Origin: an uncultured Candidatus Peribacteria bacterium
GTDB taxonomy: Bacteria > Patescibacteriota > Gracilibacteria > Peribacterales > Peribacteraceae
Assembly (NCBI GenBank): GCA_964554785.1
Contig: CAZKPW010000002.1
Coordinates: 35,428-99,427, forward strand
Direction: 5' to 3'
Length of the DNA stretch: 64,000 nt
The notes beneath the pieces are model-generated. The model had not been told where the DNA came from, ran no database searches, and was given only the letters and a program-made list of their open reading frames with translations. Shown one piece after another: positions 37,250 through 46,177 of the stretch. Position 1 is the first letter of the stretch. Each line of letters starts with the position of its first letter. The translations under genes and the position numbers were made by a program.

Positions 37250-37277
37250 GAAAAAAAGAGTTTGCTTGAGTAGCAAA
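37250..37277 (-). terminator. candidate terminator of the ATPase-kinase operon
   Basis: Minus strand reads TTTGCT-ACTCA-AGCAAA, then CTC, then TTTTTTT. Confidence 0.45.
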
Positions 37278-37347
37278 TTTACTACTATTTATTCACCAGA
37301 ATTACTGAAGGTAAATTAGATAAAATAAAAAATTATAATTAATAGAT

Positions 37348-39399
37348 TCATACAGTAACAAGATATGCCCCTTGTTTATTTTGAGAAGTAAAGCGTTGGT
37401 TAATTGCAGAAAAATTGTTCTCACGCATATGCAAAGCCAAACTTAATAGCGATGCACGAACAATACCTGCCTGCTGATCAGGGTAGAAAAAATTTTGGCA
37501 AGTCACGATATATTTCACTGCTAGATAATCATCAATTGAGCCACTCAGTTTTTCCATGATTTCTACACATGCCTGGCGACACTGGATGCTAGTGTATACC
37601 GCGAGTCGCATGCCTACGGATGAGAGCAGGGCAGGATGTTTTGCTTTCACCTTGTCGTAGCATGCACCCATTAGAATGTCTAAGAATAGCTTTGATAATG
37701 CTTGCTCATCACCTGTCATGCGACAGCAGCCAAAGAGCATAGCTGATTCTAATCTTACAAGATCAAAACATGGATGCCCCGGGCCGCTTAAGGCATAATC
37801 AATAAAATGTGGCTGACGATCGCGCACTAAAATATTTCGCAATTGAACATCACCGTGCACACTCGCACGATTAAGCATGGTGGATGCCCTTTGCATTGCT
37901 TCAGTCCGAAGACAGAATATATCAATCGGCAAACCATCTGAATCAACAAATGACAGCTCAACGCCTCTCCTGAGTGCTTCTTCCACAGATTCTATGCCAA
38001 GCCATGCCTTACTTTCCATATTATTACTGGGCGTTAGACAATTAAGTTCGCTAATTTTTTTAACTGTAAATTCGATAAATTGACGCATATCATGCTCCAT
38101 TTGCGATCGTGCAGTGTCTTGTGCTGAGGGATTGATTTCATCGTATAGAATATTTTCCATCCGAGATTCCAATGTCGGCGCGGGTTCTCCTCGCTGATTA
38201 ATATCTTCAACAACAGAGAAAAGTATTAGAGCATTGCCATTGTGGTGAAATGGAGCAGGGTTGAGCGTGTCATCCCAAGGACGGATATACATTTGGAAGC
38301 GGTTCATTTCATCAGTTACTTCAGCCAGATTCGCAATTTTTGCGATTAACGGAGCTCCAATGTCATCTGGCTTTAAGTGTATAATATGCGCACCAGATCT
38401 TCCGCCTGTCAGTTTTTTTGTTTCCATTCGTGTCAGTTGTACATCGCGAATATTTCGATTTCGCACGATCTGAGCAGTGGCTGCTTGCAGTAGTTGCGTT
38501 TGTTGTAAATTTAATTCAGAGGATGCCATGTGAATGCTGTCCGTGCATGAGAGCGACTTGCTTGCAGTAGCAAGATTAACCAGTTCCACCATTCCGATTC
38601 TTGCGTCGTTTGCGATTGTTGACATTGCAGCACTTGCATTTCCACGACACATTTTGATCTCTTGTGAAATTTCAGCATGTGTAATTGCTAACCCATTTGT
38701 ATCTAGTTTGACGTAGCAGAAGCTCGAAAAGCAGAGAATATTTCTAAGAATTTTCAAATGCTGGTCATCTGGAAAATTACTCCAAAAACTTGCCGCGATA
38801 ATTATACCGCATACTTCATTTGCATGACCTGTAAGTAATTCCTCATAATTCTCTGGTGGTACTGCGGGAAGCGGAAAAAATCCTTTTGTCCTGAGGCGTA
38901 ATTTTGTCGCTTCATAATCGCTTGTAACTCCTAACAGAACCACAGTATTTACCCGTGCATCTTCAGAAATTCGGCCTTCTTCCGGTTGCGCCCTTGTCTC
39001 GACTGCGGGAATTACTATAAGTGTTGTCAGCGGAGGTGTAACAGGGACAGTTGTCGTTTTTATATTTTTCCCATATGGAATTCTTTTAAGATCGGGGGGG
39101 AGGATGAGATTGAGCGCATTACGTGCTTCATCAGACCACTTACGTCCAGTCTCAGCAAGCGCCAGCATTTCACTATATGGGAGTTCTACAGCCGTAAGCA
39201 CTAGATCAAGACGTCGCGCCATTTCAACTGGTCGCAACAGGGATTGTTGGATTGCCTCAACAGCATTGGTCATTGCAGAAAGAGCGGTTGGCGCTCTCGC
39301 TTTTTCTATTGCTCTAACAAAATCGTGATAGCCTGCTTCGAATGCACGAATATCTGGCTGTAGTAGAGGGGCCAGTAATGGGTCATTAATTGAAGTCAC
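37348..39399 (-). CDS. protein with C-terminal kinase-fold (APH / protein-kinase-like phosphotransferase) domain and an unknown N-terminal domain of about 330 aa
   Basis: Gly-rich LTGGRSGAHIIHL, Lys in PLIAKIA, catalytic loop VHGDVQLRNILV (37834..37857), and the DFG-equivalent FIDYALSG. The start lies 2 nt after the ATPase stop. Confidence 0.75.
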   Translation of the reverse strand: MTSINDPLLAPLLQPDIRAFEAGYHDFVRAIEKARAPTALSAMTNAVEAIQQSLLRPVEMARRLDLVLTAVELPYSEMLALAETGRKWSDEARNALNLILPPDLKRIPYGKNIKTTTVPVTPPLTTLIVIPAVETRAQPEEGRISEDARVNTVVLLGVTSDYEATKLRLRTKGFFPLPAVPPENYEELLTGHANEVCGIIIAASFWSNFPDDQHLKILRNILCFSSFCYVKLDTNGLAITHAEISQEIKMCRGNASAAMSTIANDARIGMVELVNLATASKSLSCTDSIHMASSELNLQQTQLLQAATAQIVRNRNIRDVQLTRMETKKLTGGRSGAHIIHLKPDDIGAPLIAKIANLAEVTDEMNRFQMYIRPWDDTLNPAPFHHNGNALILFSVVEDINQRGEPAPTLESRMENILYDEINPSAQDTARSQMEHDMRQFIEFTVKKISELNCLTPSNNMESKAWLGIESVEEALRRGVELSFVDSDGLPIDIFCLRTEAMQRASTMLNRASVHGDVQLRNILVRDRQPHFIDYALSGPGHPCFDLVRLESAMLFGCCRMTGDEQALSKLFLDILMGACYDKVKAKHPALLSSVGMRLAVYTSIQCRQACVEIMEKLSGSIDDYLAVKYIVTCQNFFYPDQQAGIVRASLLSLALHMRENNFSAINQRFTSQNKQGAYLVTV

Positions 39400-39401
39400 T
39401 A

Positions 39402-41285
39402 CTAACTCATGGAAAGCAGATCGTGATATTTTTCTTGTCGAAGCATAAAAGCTTTTGCACCTCCTTCTAGAATGCTTAAGATGTCACCCTTCATCTCATC
39501 AATTGAACCTGTTTTCGGGACTGCGGCAAGCATCGGATTTTCCATATCCATCACTACGACCTTATCCGCCTCTCCCAATACAGGAATATTTGCATTATGT
39601 GTTACGAAGATTAACTGACGTTGGATTTTAAGAGAACGAATTTGGTCGACAAGAGTTGTATAAATAAAGCGGTTATCCAAGTCATCCTCAGGTTGATCAA
39701 AGATAAGTGGATAGTCCGCAGGCCTCATAATAAGTGGGAGAAGCGCAGTCGCCATTTGACCACTCGAAAGTTGGCTGATCGACTTACTAATGGCACCGTC
39801 ATACAGAGTTATCTCAAGTTGGTCTTCCGGTATAACACCTTCAAGCTGGTAAAGATCGGGCACATCGAATAAATGCGTGATTAGTCGTGACATTTGTCCT
39901 AGATCACGATTCAGTAAATCAGTGAGTCTTTGAGATTCACCAGTTTCGACAATATCGATAAGATCCGCTGCGCGTACTTTTTCTGCCAGATCATGCACGA
40001 TTTCTTCTTGCCCACGCAGACCAGAGCCACTCAGGAGATGTAGAAGTAGTTCGACATAAGCTCCAGAGCGATTGCCGCGATCAATTGCCAATACCACTTG
40101 ATCACCACAACGATCGTTAATCTTTTGTGCCTCTGCTGTGCGCAATCCATAAATTTCATCATTAATCTGCGCGATTCGCTCGCGGAATTCATTGCGTTGA
40201 ATCAACAGGTTTTGCACTTCTTTTTCCATTAGCGTCAGTTGTTCTTGAAGTCGTAAACGTTGTGCAATCCCTTGCTTGAGAGCATCTTCCTGCTTCAGAC
40301 TCTCATTCACTGTCTGAGCATCTTGTAGTAATGTGTAATATCGAGTGTTTTTCTGCTCATATATAGATGCGAGTTGGGCGAGAGGTGCTTGCAATGATTT
40401 TTTAGTTTGCTCCACGATTGCTTGATTATTCTGCGAAAGGAAGGCTTGAAATTCGCGAAGTCCCTTGATGAGCTGTTCTGCTTCCAGCTCTTGTGCGACG
40501 TGCTCATCAAGCATGGACAAATCAATCGTGTCCATGGACGCCATTTGCAATGATGACAAAATAGAATCGCGAGTTTGCAATGCCCTATGAAACTGATCCA
40601 AAATATTCTTACGCTCCAAGAATCCCTGTCGCTCAGTCTCGAGTTCCTCAGGGAGTTTAGGCTGTGTTGATTGAAGCGTAGTGAGCCGCGACTGCAATTC
40701 AGGGAGTCCTTGTATGTCGGCTTTTAGTGCTTCTATATTCGCACGCTGTTCTCGTAATACTGGACCCAGTGAGGCAAGTGATGATGCATTTTTATTTCGC
40801 TCCTTATTAAGTTCATCAATGGTCGTTTTGTGTGGTCGATCGATTAAATCGAGTCGTCGCTCATTATGTTCTGCGATCTGTTGCAGATCACCTTGTGAGT
40901 AAATCTCCACTTGGTCCAAAATACTTACATCGGCAATTTCTTGTACACCTTGACGATAGATGCGTGGAGGAGTGAGACAATCGCGTTCGATCGAAAGCTC
41001 TTCTTTTCCAGTCAGCGTTTCTTCCATGACAATGCATTGTGCCATGCCTTCCCCAAGGGTGGCTTTAATCAAGCCATGTTGTGCTGAGGAATCGGAATTA
41101 CTCGTTTCCAAAAGAGCTTCCACTCGCTTTGGATCGCAGTTGAATGCAAATCGAATTGTTTCTATCACGGTTGATTTACATGTTCCGCGTGCACCAATTA
41201 TGCAAGTCAGCCCCGGTGCAAAGCTAATGGGCGCATTTTGCAGGAAGCCTGCATTTGTTTGAAGTGAAGCTATCCGAATGGCCAT
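39402..41285 (-). CDS. SMC/ABC-type coiled-coil ATPase (627 aa)
   Basis: P-loop GARGTCKST (41167..41196), with Cys where Gly is expected before Lys. Long heptad-rich middle region. ABC signature LSSGQ (39756..39770). Walker B/D-loop LIFDQPEDDLDN (39675..39701). H-loop FVTHNANIPV. Confidence 0.8.
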   Translation of the reverse strand: MAIRIASLQTNAGFLQNAPISFAPGLTCIIGARGTCKSTVIETIRFAFNCDPKRVEALLETSNSDSSAQHGLIKATLGEGMAQCIVMEETLTGKEELSIERDCLTPPRIYRQGVQEIADVSILDQVEIYSQGDLQQIAEHNERRLDLIDRPHKTTIDELNKERNKNASSLASLGPVLREQRANIEALKADIQGLPELQSRLTTLQSTQPKLPEELETERQGFLERKNILDQFHRALQTRDSILSSLQMASMDTIDLSMLDEHVAQELEAEQLIKGLREFQAFLSQNNQAIVEQTKKSLQAPLAQLASIYEQKNTRYYTLLQDAQTVNESLKQEDALKQGIAQRLRLQEQLTLMEKEVQNLLIQRNEFRERIAQINDEIYGLRTAEAQKINDRCGDQVVLAIDRGNRSGAYVELLLHLLSGSGLRGQEEIVHDLAEKVRAADLIDIVETGESQRLTDLLNRDLGQMSRLITHLFDVPDLYQLEGVIPEDQLEITLYDGAISKSISQLSSGQMATALLPLIMRPADYPLIFDQPEDDLDNRFIYTTLVDQIRSLKIQRQLIFVTHNANIPVLGEADKVVVMDMENPMLAAVPKTGSIDEMKGDILSILEGGAKAFMLRQEKYHDLLSMS

Positions 41286-41543
41286 ACAGAAGAGGGAGTA
41301 TACGGATCAAGCTATGCAATGGGACATAGTTGCTTAAGGGAGTTCACAAGATATTGTGTTTTATTTATCATGCAAACACTACATGTTGATTAATCATGTG
41401 ATAATTACATAGTACTCGTTCACTAAAGCAATATAAATTAATATAATCATCATCCATCATAAGAGAAGTGAAGGAAAAGCTCTGCACAATACTTCCACAT
41501 TCCTCCCATTGGCGCCCACCTCACGCCTCGCCTAACCTCACCC

Positions 41544-41798
41544 ATACCCGTCCTCCTCGCCCCGCGCTTCACTATCTTCATCCTGTGGTTAGCCTCCCCG
41601 TGGTTTACCGGTGTCTTCGAAACACGCCTGTGGCCCATCCTCAGATTCCTCTTCCTGCCGTTCACCCTCCTCTGGTACAGCGTCGTGGTGAACTGGTTTG
41701 GTGGACAGTGGGAATGGGTGCAGGTACTGGGATGGGTTTTGGCGTTGGTGATGGATTTGTCATCAAGTAAGAAGAGTACCGAAAGAAAAAGAGCATAA
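41544..41798 (+). pseudogene. decayed paralog of the small membrane-protein gene at 43904..44167
   Basis: Aligns by eye at the nucleotide level with 43904..44167. ATA replaces the ATG start (41544..41546) and about 6 codons are deleted. There is no in-frame ATG/GTG/TTG until near the end, yet the frame stays open (..PRFTIFILWLASPWFTGVFETRLWPIL..). Confidence 0.6.
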
Positions 41799-41840
41799 CG
41801 AAGACCGATGCAGTTGCATCGGTCGGTTTCGTTTCGCATT

Positions 41841-42353
41841 TCAGCGAGCAAAGAAGTAGAAGGGGTACAAGATGAAGAGCCGAGGCGTTCGTTTGTAATA
41901 GCGCTCGGCTTCTTCGCCGAAGCGTGCGAGTGTTTCTTGCTCCTGGAGATACCCGGCTCTGAGTATCCCAACCAGAAAAAGTGTCAATGAAAGCCAATAT
42001 CCGATTGTATACAGTGGATACTGAAAGTCATGGACCATCTTTGTTGGCCACCAGATGTCCATCCCCATTAGGAGTGCGCCGGTATACATAGGATGTCGAG
42101 TAAACCGGTACAAGTCGTTCGTAATCAGCGTCTTCGTCTTGCGGTAATACACGCGGAACAAGCAGTAGGTGAAAATCGCGATCCCGATTGCGCCTATCGT
42201 TAGTGACACTGCCGGATGCTGGGCATCCTGCATGAACGATGCCGCACCAATCTGATAGAAGTAGCTGCAAACAAGCATAATCTGAAATGGCACCCCCTTT
42301 TTCTTGTAGTGACGTGCCATATCAGTGCCACCTTCATTTAGTGTCTGACTCAT
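41841..42353 (-). CDS. isoprenylcysteine carboxyl methyltransferase (ICMT/PEMT) family membrane protein
   Basis: YRFTRHPMYTGALLM, and C-terminal EQETLARFGEEAERYYKRTPR. Confidence 0.75.
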   Translation of the reverse strand: MSQTLNEGGTDMARHYKKKGVPFQIMLVCSYFYQIGAASFMQDAQHPAVSLTIGAIGIAIFTYCLFRVYYRKTKTLITNDLYRFTRHPMYTGALLMGMDIWWPTKMVHDFQYPLYTIGYWLSLTLFLVGILRAGYLQEQETLARFGEEAERYYKRTPRLFILYPFYFFAR

Positions 42354-42557
42354 TCTGAAAACTCCTTATAAAAAGATACTTCTCTTGCCGTTGAAAAAAA
42401 GGGCGAAACATAGTTATTCTGATCACTTTCCGTATAATGTCAAATATGTCCTAGGTGCACTACTTCTGCAGTACCTCTTTTATAAATAACCCCGTCCTCA
42501 TCCACAAAACCCTCCCAAAAAGATGATTTTACCCTACATATCTCATACACTATTTCT

Positions 42558-42872
42558 ATGAGCCCCCAAGAAATCTCCGGCGGCACAGCCCATCCATTAC
42601 CCGCTGATGTAAAGAAAGCCCTAACCGCCGACAAAGAGGTGCTCGCACTCTGGGAAAGTCTGACCCCGCTTGCGCGCAATGAATGGATTTGTTGGGTGGA
42701 GTATGTGAAGAAAGCGGAGACGCGCAAAGAACATATCGAACGCATTCCTGTGCAACTGAAAGAAGGTGACCGCCGTCCATGCTGTTGGATAGGCTGTACG
42801 CACCGGACAGATAAGAAGTTGAGTTCCACGCAAAAGTGGATACTTGGGAAGAAGAAAGAAAAGCAGGAGTGA
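42558..42872 (+). CDS. YdeI/OmpD-associated family protein
   Basis: LPADVKKALTADKEVLALWESLTPLARNEWICWVEYVKKAETR is typical of the OmdA/YdeI C-terminal domain. Confidence 0.65.
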   Translation: MSPQEISGGTAHPLPADVKKALTADKEVLALWESLTPLARNEWICWVEYVKKAETRKEHIERIPVQLKEGDRRPCCWIGCTHRTDKKLSSTQKWILGKKKEKQE

Positions 42873-42911
42873 ATAGTCTGCAAAAAAGCGTGTATCTGCT
42901 ACCATGCATCC

Positions 42912-43274
42912 GTGAAAAAAGCCTCCAAAACATTCCTCCTCTTCGCAATCGGCGGAATGGCACTTAGTCTCCTCTCGCTTGTTATCTGGATTTCCGTGAA
43001 CAAAAATATCAACGGACTTGTCTTTGGTCGCGTTGTCAGCCTTGCGCCTGCATCCATTTCCATTGCAGACAGGAATGAGAGAATGACAACGGTCCTCATT
43101 CGGCCAGATACGAAGATCACCAACAGGCGTGAAGCCGCGCTGCTACAGGATATTCCCGTCGGTCAATTCGTGCAGGTGACGGGCACACGTATCAATCCGG
43201 AGACCATTGAGGCAGATCACATCAGATTGATGCGTGCTTCGGGCCCGTGGCAACTCTTCTATGATACACCTTAG
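42912..43274 (+). CDS. hypothetical membrane-anchored protein (120 aa)
   Basis: N-terminal TM helix FLLFAIGGMALSLLSLVIWI. Confidence 0.5.
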   Translation: MKKASKTFLLFAIGGMALSLLSLVIWISVNKNINGLVFGRVVSLAPASISIADRNERMTTVLIRPDTKITNRREAALLQDIPVGQFVQVTGTRINPETIEADHIRLMRASGPWQLFYDTP

Positions 43275-43833
43275 CAAAAAGCAGCTCATTGGCGCGCTCA
43301 CTCTTCTGGGTACTATCGTTTTTTCTTTGGTGCTGGTGTCTATTCCCACAGATACGCTACTGGAATACATCGGCACGAATAACGCATACGTGTTTGTGTA
43401 CCTCATCGCATTCCTCGGGAGCATCAGCACCTTCGCCAGCATTCCGTATCCCCTTATTCTTATTGGTTTGGTTGCCGGTGGATTGAATCCGCTGCTTGCA
43501 GGAATACTCTCTGCATTGGGAGTCAGTACCTCCGATACACTGACCTTCTTTGCTGCACATAAGGGAAGAGTATTACTCCCGGAGAATATTTCCCGCTCTT
43601 TCCAAAAAATGTCCGTGTGGATAGGGCGGCATCCAACATTGTTCAATCCCGCACTGGTTCTGTACGGCATCTTTGCACCGCTCTCCAATGACTTTGCCGT
43701 CATCTCTCTGTCCCTCATGAAATTCTCGTTCTGGCGCGTGGTACCGGTGCTGGCAATCGGGAATATGATTTATAACATTGGCATCGCATTTCTGGGGGTG
43801 TATGCGTATGACTGGATTGTGGGATTGTTTTAA
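43261..43833 (+). CDS. DedA/VTT-domain-like membrane protein
   Basis: Polytopic, with FLGSISTFASIPYPLILIGLVAGG and TLTFFAAHKGR. The start is placed at MIHLSKK. Confidence 0.5.
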   Translation: MIHLSKKQLIGALTLLGTIVFSLVLVSIPTDTLLEYIGTNNAYVFVYLIAFLGSISTFASIPYPLILIGLVAGGLNPLLAGILSALGVSTSDTLTFFAAHKGRVLLPENISRSFQKMSVWIGRHPTLFNPALVLYGIFAPLSNDFAVISLSLMKFSFWRVVPVLAIGNMIYNIGIAFLGVYAYDWIVGLF

Positions 43834-43903
43834 ATAGATAGAGATTCAAAAAACATTCAGCAAATAGATTGCCCGTACCTCTCACCTCCCATACCCTTGT
43901 CCC

Positions 43904-44167
43904 ATGCCCATCATCCTCGCCTTCATCGGCCTCATTGCCCCGCGCTTCACTATTTTCCTTCTGTGGTTAGCCTCCACTTGGTTCACCGGCGTCTTCGACA
44001 CACGCCTGTGGCCCATCCTCGGATTTTTGTTCCTGCCGTTCTCACTCCTTTGGTACAGCGTCGTTATCAACTGGTTTGGTGGTGAATGGGGATGGCTGCA
44101 AATTCTTGTAATGGTTATTGCGGTGGTGATGGATTTGGGTTCTTCCAAGAAGAGCGCGAGGAGATAA
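43904..44167 (+). CDS. small Trp-rich membrane protein (87 aa)
   Basis: MPIILAFIGLIAPRFTIFLLWLASTWFTGVFDTRLWPILGF..., two to three TM helices. A decayed paralog lies at 41544..41798. Confidence 0.55.
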   Translation: MPIILAFIGLIAPRFTIFLLWLASTWFTGVFDTRLWPILGFLFLPFSLLWYSVVINWFGGEWGWLQILVMVIAVVMDLGSSKKSARR

Positions 44168-44246
44168 TACGCTTAGTGCATTGTCATTTGACTCTACCTT
44201 CGCATTTCCCCACACTACTCCCGTATTTTTTTCTATGTATTTTTTT

Positions 44247-45047
44247 ATGCGTACGACACTCGTATCCGCTCTTTCAGGTATTAGTTTGCTGTTGAGTGCC
44301 ACTCCGGCTTTGGCTGCTGCACCACGTGCAGATATTCAAGTCACCTTGCAGGCACCGTCTTCTGTTCAGATTTCCACTCCCACCACCTACACCGCAACTG
44401 TGAAAAACTTAGGTCCGGCCACTTCTACCAACACACAGATTGTTGTGGAGTTCCCGCTCACGAATACATCGCCCACCGTTGCTATCCTTGGAAACGTAAC
44501 AGAATCTGAGTCTGCATGCTCCATTGCGTCCAATAAAATAACTTGCGTAGTCGGCAGCTTGAAGAAAGGAAAAAGCGTCAGTATCAGCTATAGCTACACC
44601 GCCCCTGTTTCCACGAAGGTTTTGGAAATGAAGGCCATTGGCTCTTCTTCCGTAGCAGATGCCAACACCGGCAATAACACGGCAACCGTTGTACCGAATT
44701 TGCTTTACCCCACACGCAGCTTCACGTCTGCAACAATGGAAAATTCACACTGCACAGGAACCAATCTAACTTCGTATTTTGAATGCGCGCTCTTCCCAAG
44801 CTCCATCAGTACGCACACCGCTACATTTAACGTAGGCGGAACCATTACATTATCCGAACCCGGTTATTACGGTTCATGGTCTCAGCCATCTGCGAGCCAA
44901 TTGTTCTTTGAATATTTTGATACAAACGGCAAAGCCGCAGAATTCAATGGCTATGCCATAAACGGCAGCAATTGCTTTGATGGCCTCACAACATTCTTCC
45001 CGCAGCCAAACGACTACGTCAGTCCGTATCGCGTTTGTATTCAGTAA
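44247..45047 (+). CDS. secreted protein with CARDB/DUF11-like beta-sandwich repeat
   Basis: Signal peptide MRTTLVSALSGISLLLSATPALAAAP. ADIQVTLQAPSSV..YTATVKNLGPATSTNTQIVVEFPL. Confidence 0.65.
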   Translation: MRTTLVSALSGISLLLSATPALAAAPRADIQVTLQAPSSVQISTPTTYTATVKNLGPATSTNTQIVVEFPLTNTSPTVAILGNVTESESACSIASNKITCVVGSLKKGKSVSISYSYTAPVSTKVLEMKAIGSSSVADANTGNNTATVVPNLLYPTRSFTSATMENSHCTGTNLTSYFECALFPSSISTHTATFNVGGTITLSEPGYYGSWSQPSASQLFFEYFDTNGKAAEFNGYAINGSNCFDGLTTFFPQPNDYVSPYRVCIQ

Positions 45048-45066
45048 TACACAGCTCGTCTCTCAT

Positions 45067-45095
45067 AAAAAACCCGCGGTCATCGCGGGTTTTTT
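45067..45095 (+). terminator. rho-independent terminator
   Basis: CCCGCG-GTCAT-CGCGGG followed by TTTTTT. Confidence 0.85.
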
Positions 45096-45193
45096 AGTTT
45101 TTGAGAACAGCTACCGGTCTGTGTGCCAGGATCATGCGTTGGTCGCAACGATCAGTATGCTATACTTCGACTACCTTCTCCTCCCATACACTT

Positions 45194-46168
45194 ATGCGTA
45201 GAAAAGTTTACACACGCCTGCTCTCACTCTGCGCAGGTGCACTTTTGCTTAGTGCTTGCACTGCAAATATCACTCCACCAAGCGAAGAAGGCAATCCTCT
45301 TTCCGGCGCTATCCACATTGATGGGTCCAGTACTGTCTTCCCAATTACCGAAGCTGTAGCCGAGGAATTTCGTACCGGGGAACCCGGCGTGCAGGTGACG
45401 GTGGGGGTCTCGGGAACAGGTGGGGGATTTAATAAATTCTGCCGTGGCGAGACCGATATCAACGATGCTTCCCGTCCCATCAAGCAGACCGAAATCGATC
45501 TCTGTAAAGAATCCAATATTGCATACCAAAGCACGACGGTGGCATACGATGGACTTGCTGTGCTCATTAGTCCCAAGAACACATGGGTGGATCATCTGAC
45601 AGTTGCCGAGCTGAAGAAAATTTGGGAGCCAGAAGCACAGAACACAATCACCCGTTGGAACCAAATTCGTTCCGAATGGCCGGATGAAGAGATTCATTTG
45701 TACGGGCCGGGAGTGGCGTCGGGAACGTTTGATTACTTTACTGAGGCAATTACAGGAAAGGCTGGCAAAAGCCGCGGAGATTACACTGCCAGCGAAGACG
45801 ATAATGTCCTTGTACAAGGAGTCAGCAACGATCAATACTCGCTGGGATTCTTCGGTCTTGCGTACTACAGCGAAAACAGTACAAAATTAAAACTTGTGCC
45901 CGTGGACGGAGGAGCTGGCCCTGTCCTTCCGAGCGAGGAAACAGTGAAGAACGGCACCTACACACCGCTCTCGCGCCCGCTCTTCATTTACTTCAATAGC
46001 GTCGCACTCAAAAAGCCCGAGGTACAATCCTTTGCCAGGTTCTACTTGGAAAATGCAGGATCGTTTGCAAGCGAGGTGGGCTATATCCCACTTACAGATG
46101 CTGAATATGTAACGCAGACATCTTTAATTGAAAAGTTCATCCAATCGCTTTCATCGGATGCCGACTAA
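45194..46168 (+). CDS. pstS: phosphate ABC transporter substrate-binding protein
   Basis: Lipoprotein-type leader LLSLCAGALLLSAC. IHIDGSSTVFPITEAVAEEF, GVSGTGGGFNKFCRGETDINDASRPIK. Confidence 0.9.
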   Translation: MRRKVYTRLLSLCAGALLLSACTANITPPSEEGNPLSGAIHIDGSSTVFPITEAVAEEFRTGEPGVQVTVGVSGTGGGFNKFCRGETDINDASRPIKQTEIDLCKESNIAYQSTTVAYDGLAVLISPKNTWVDHLTVAELKKIWEPEAQNTITRWNQIRSEWPDEEIHLYGPGVASGTFDYFTEAITGKAGKSRGDYTASEDDNVLVQGVSNDQYSLGFFGLAYYSENSTKLKLVPVDGGAGPVLPSEETVKNGTYTPLSRPLFIYFNSVALKKPEVQSFARFYLENAGSFASEVGYIPLTDAEYVTQTSLIEKFIQSLSSDAD

Positions 46169-46177
46169 TCTATCCGT

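Noticed and set aside
41468-41770. 100-aa + strand ORF (GTG start)
   Set aside because: It is in the wrong frame relative to the paralog at 43904..44167. The homologous frame is the start-less one called here as a pseudogene. The same artefact frame appears at 43897..44085.
45139-45166. pstS promoter (TTGGTC-16 nt-TATACT) and Pho box
   Set aside because: The hexamers are plausible but weak. No Pho-box-like direct repeats were seen, so this is not reported as a feature.
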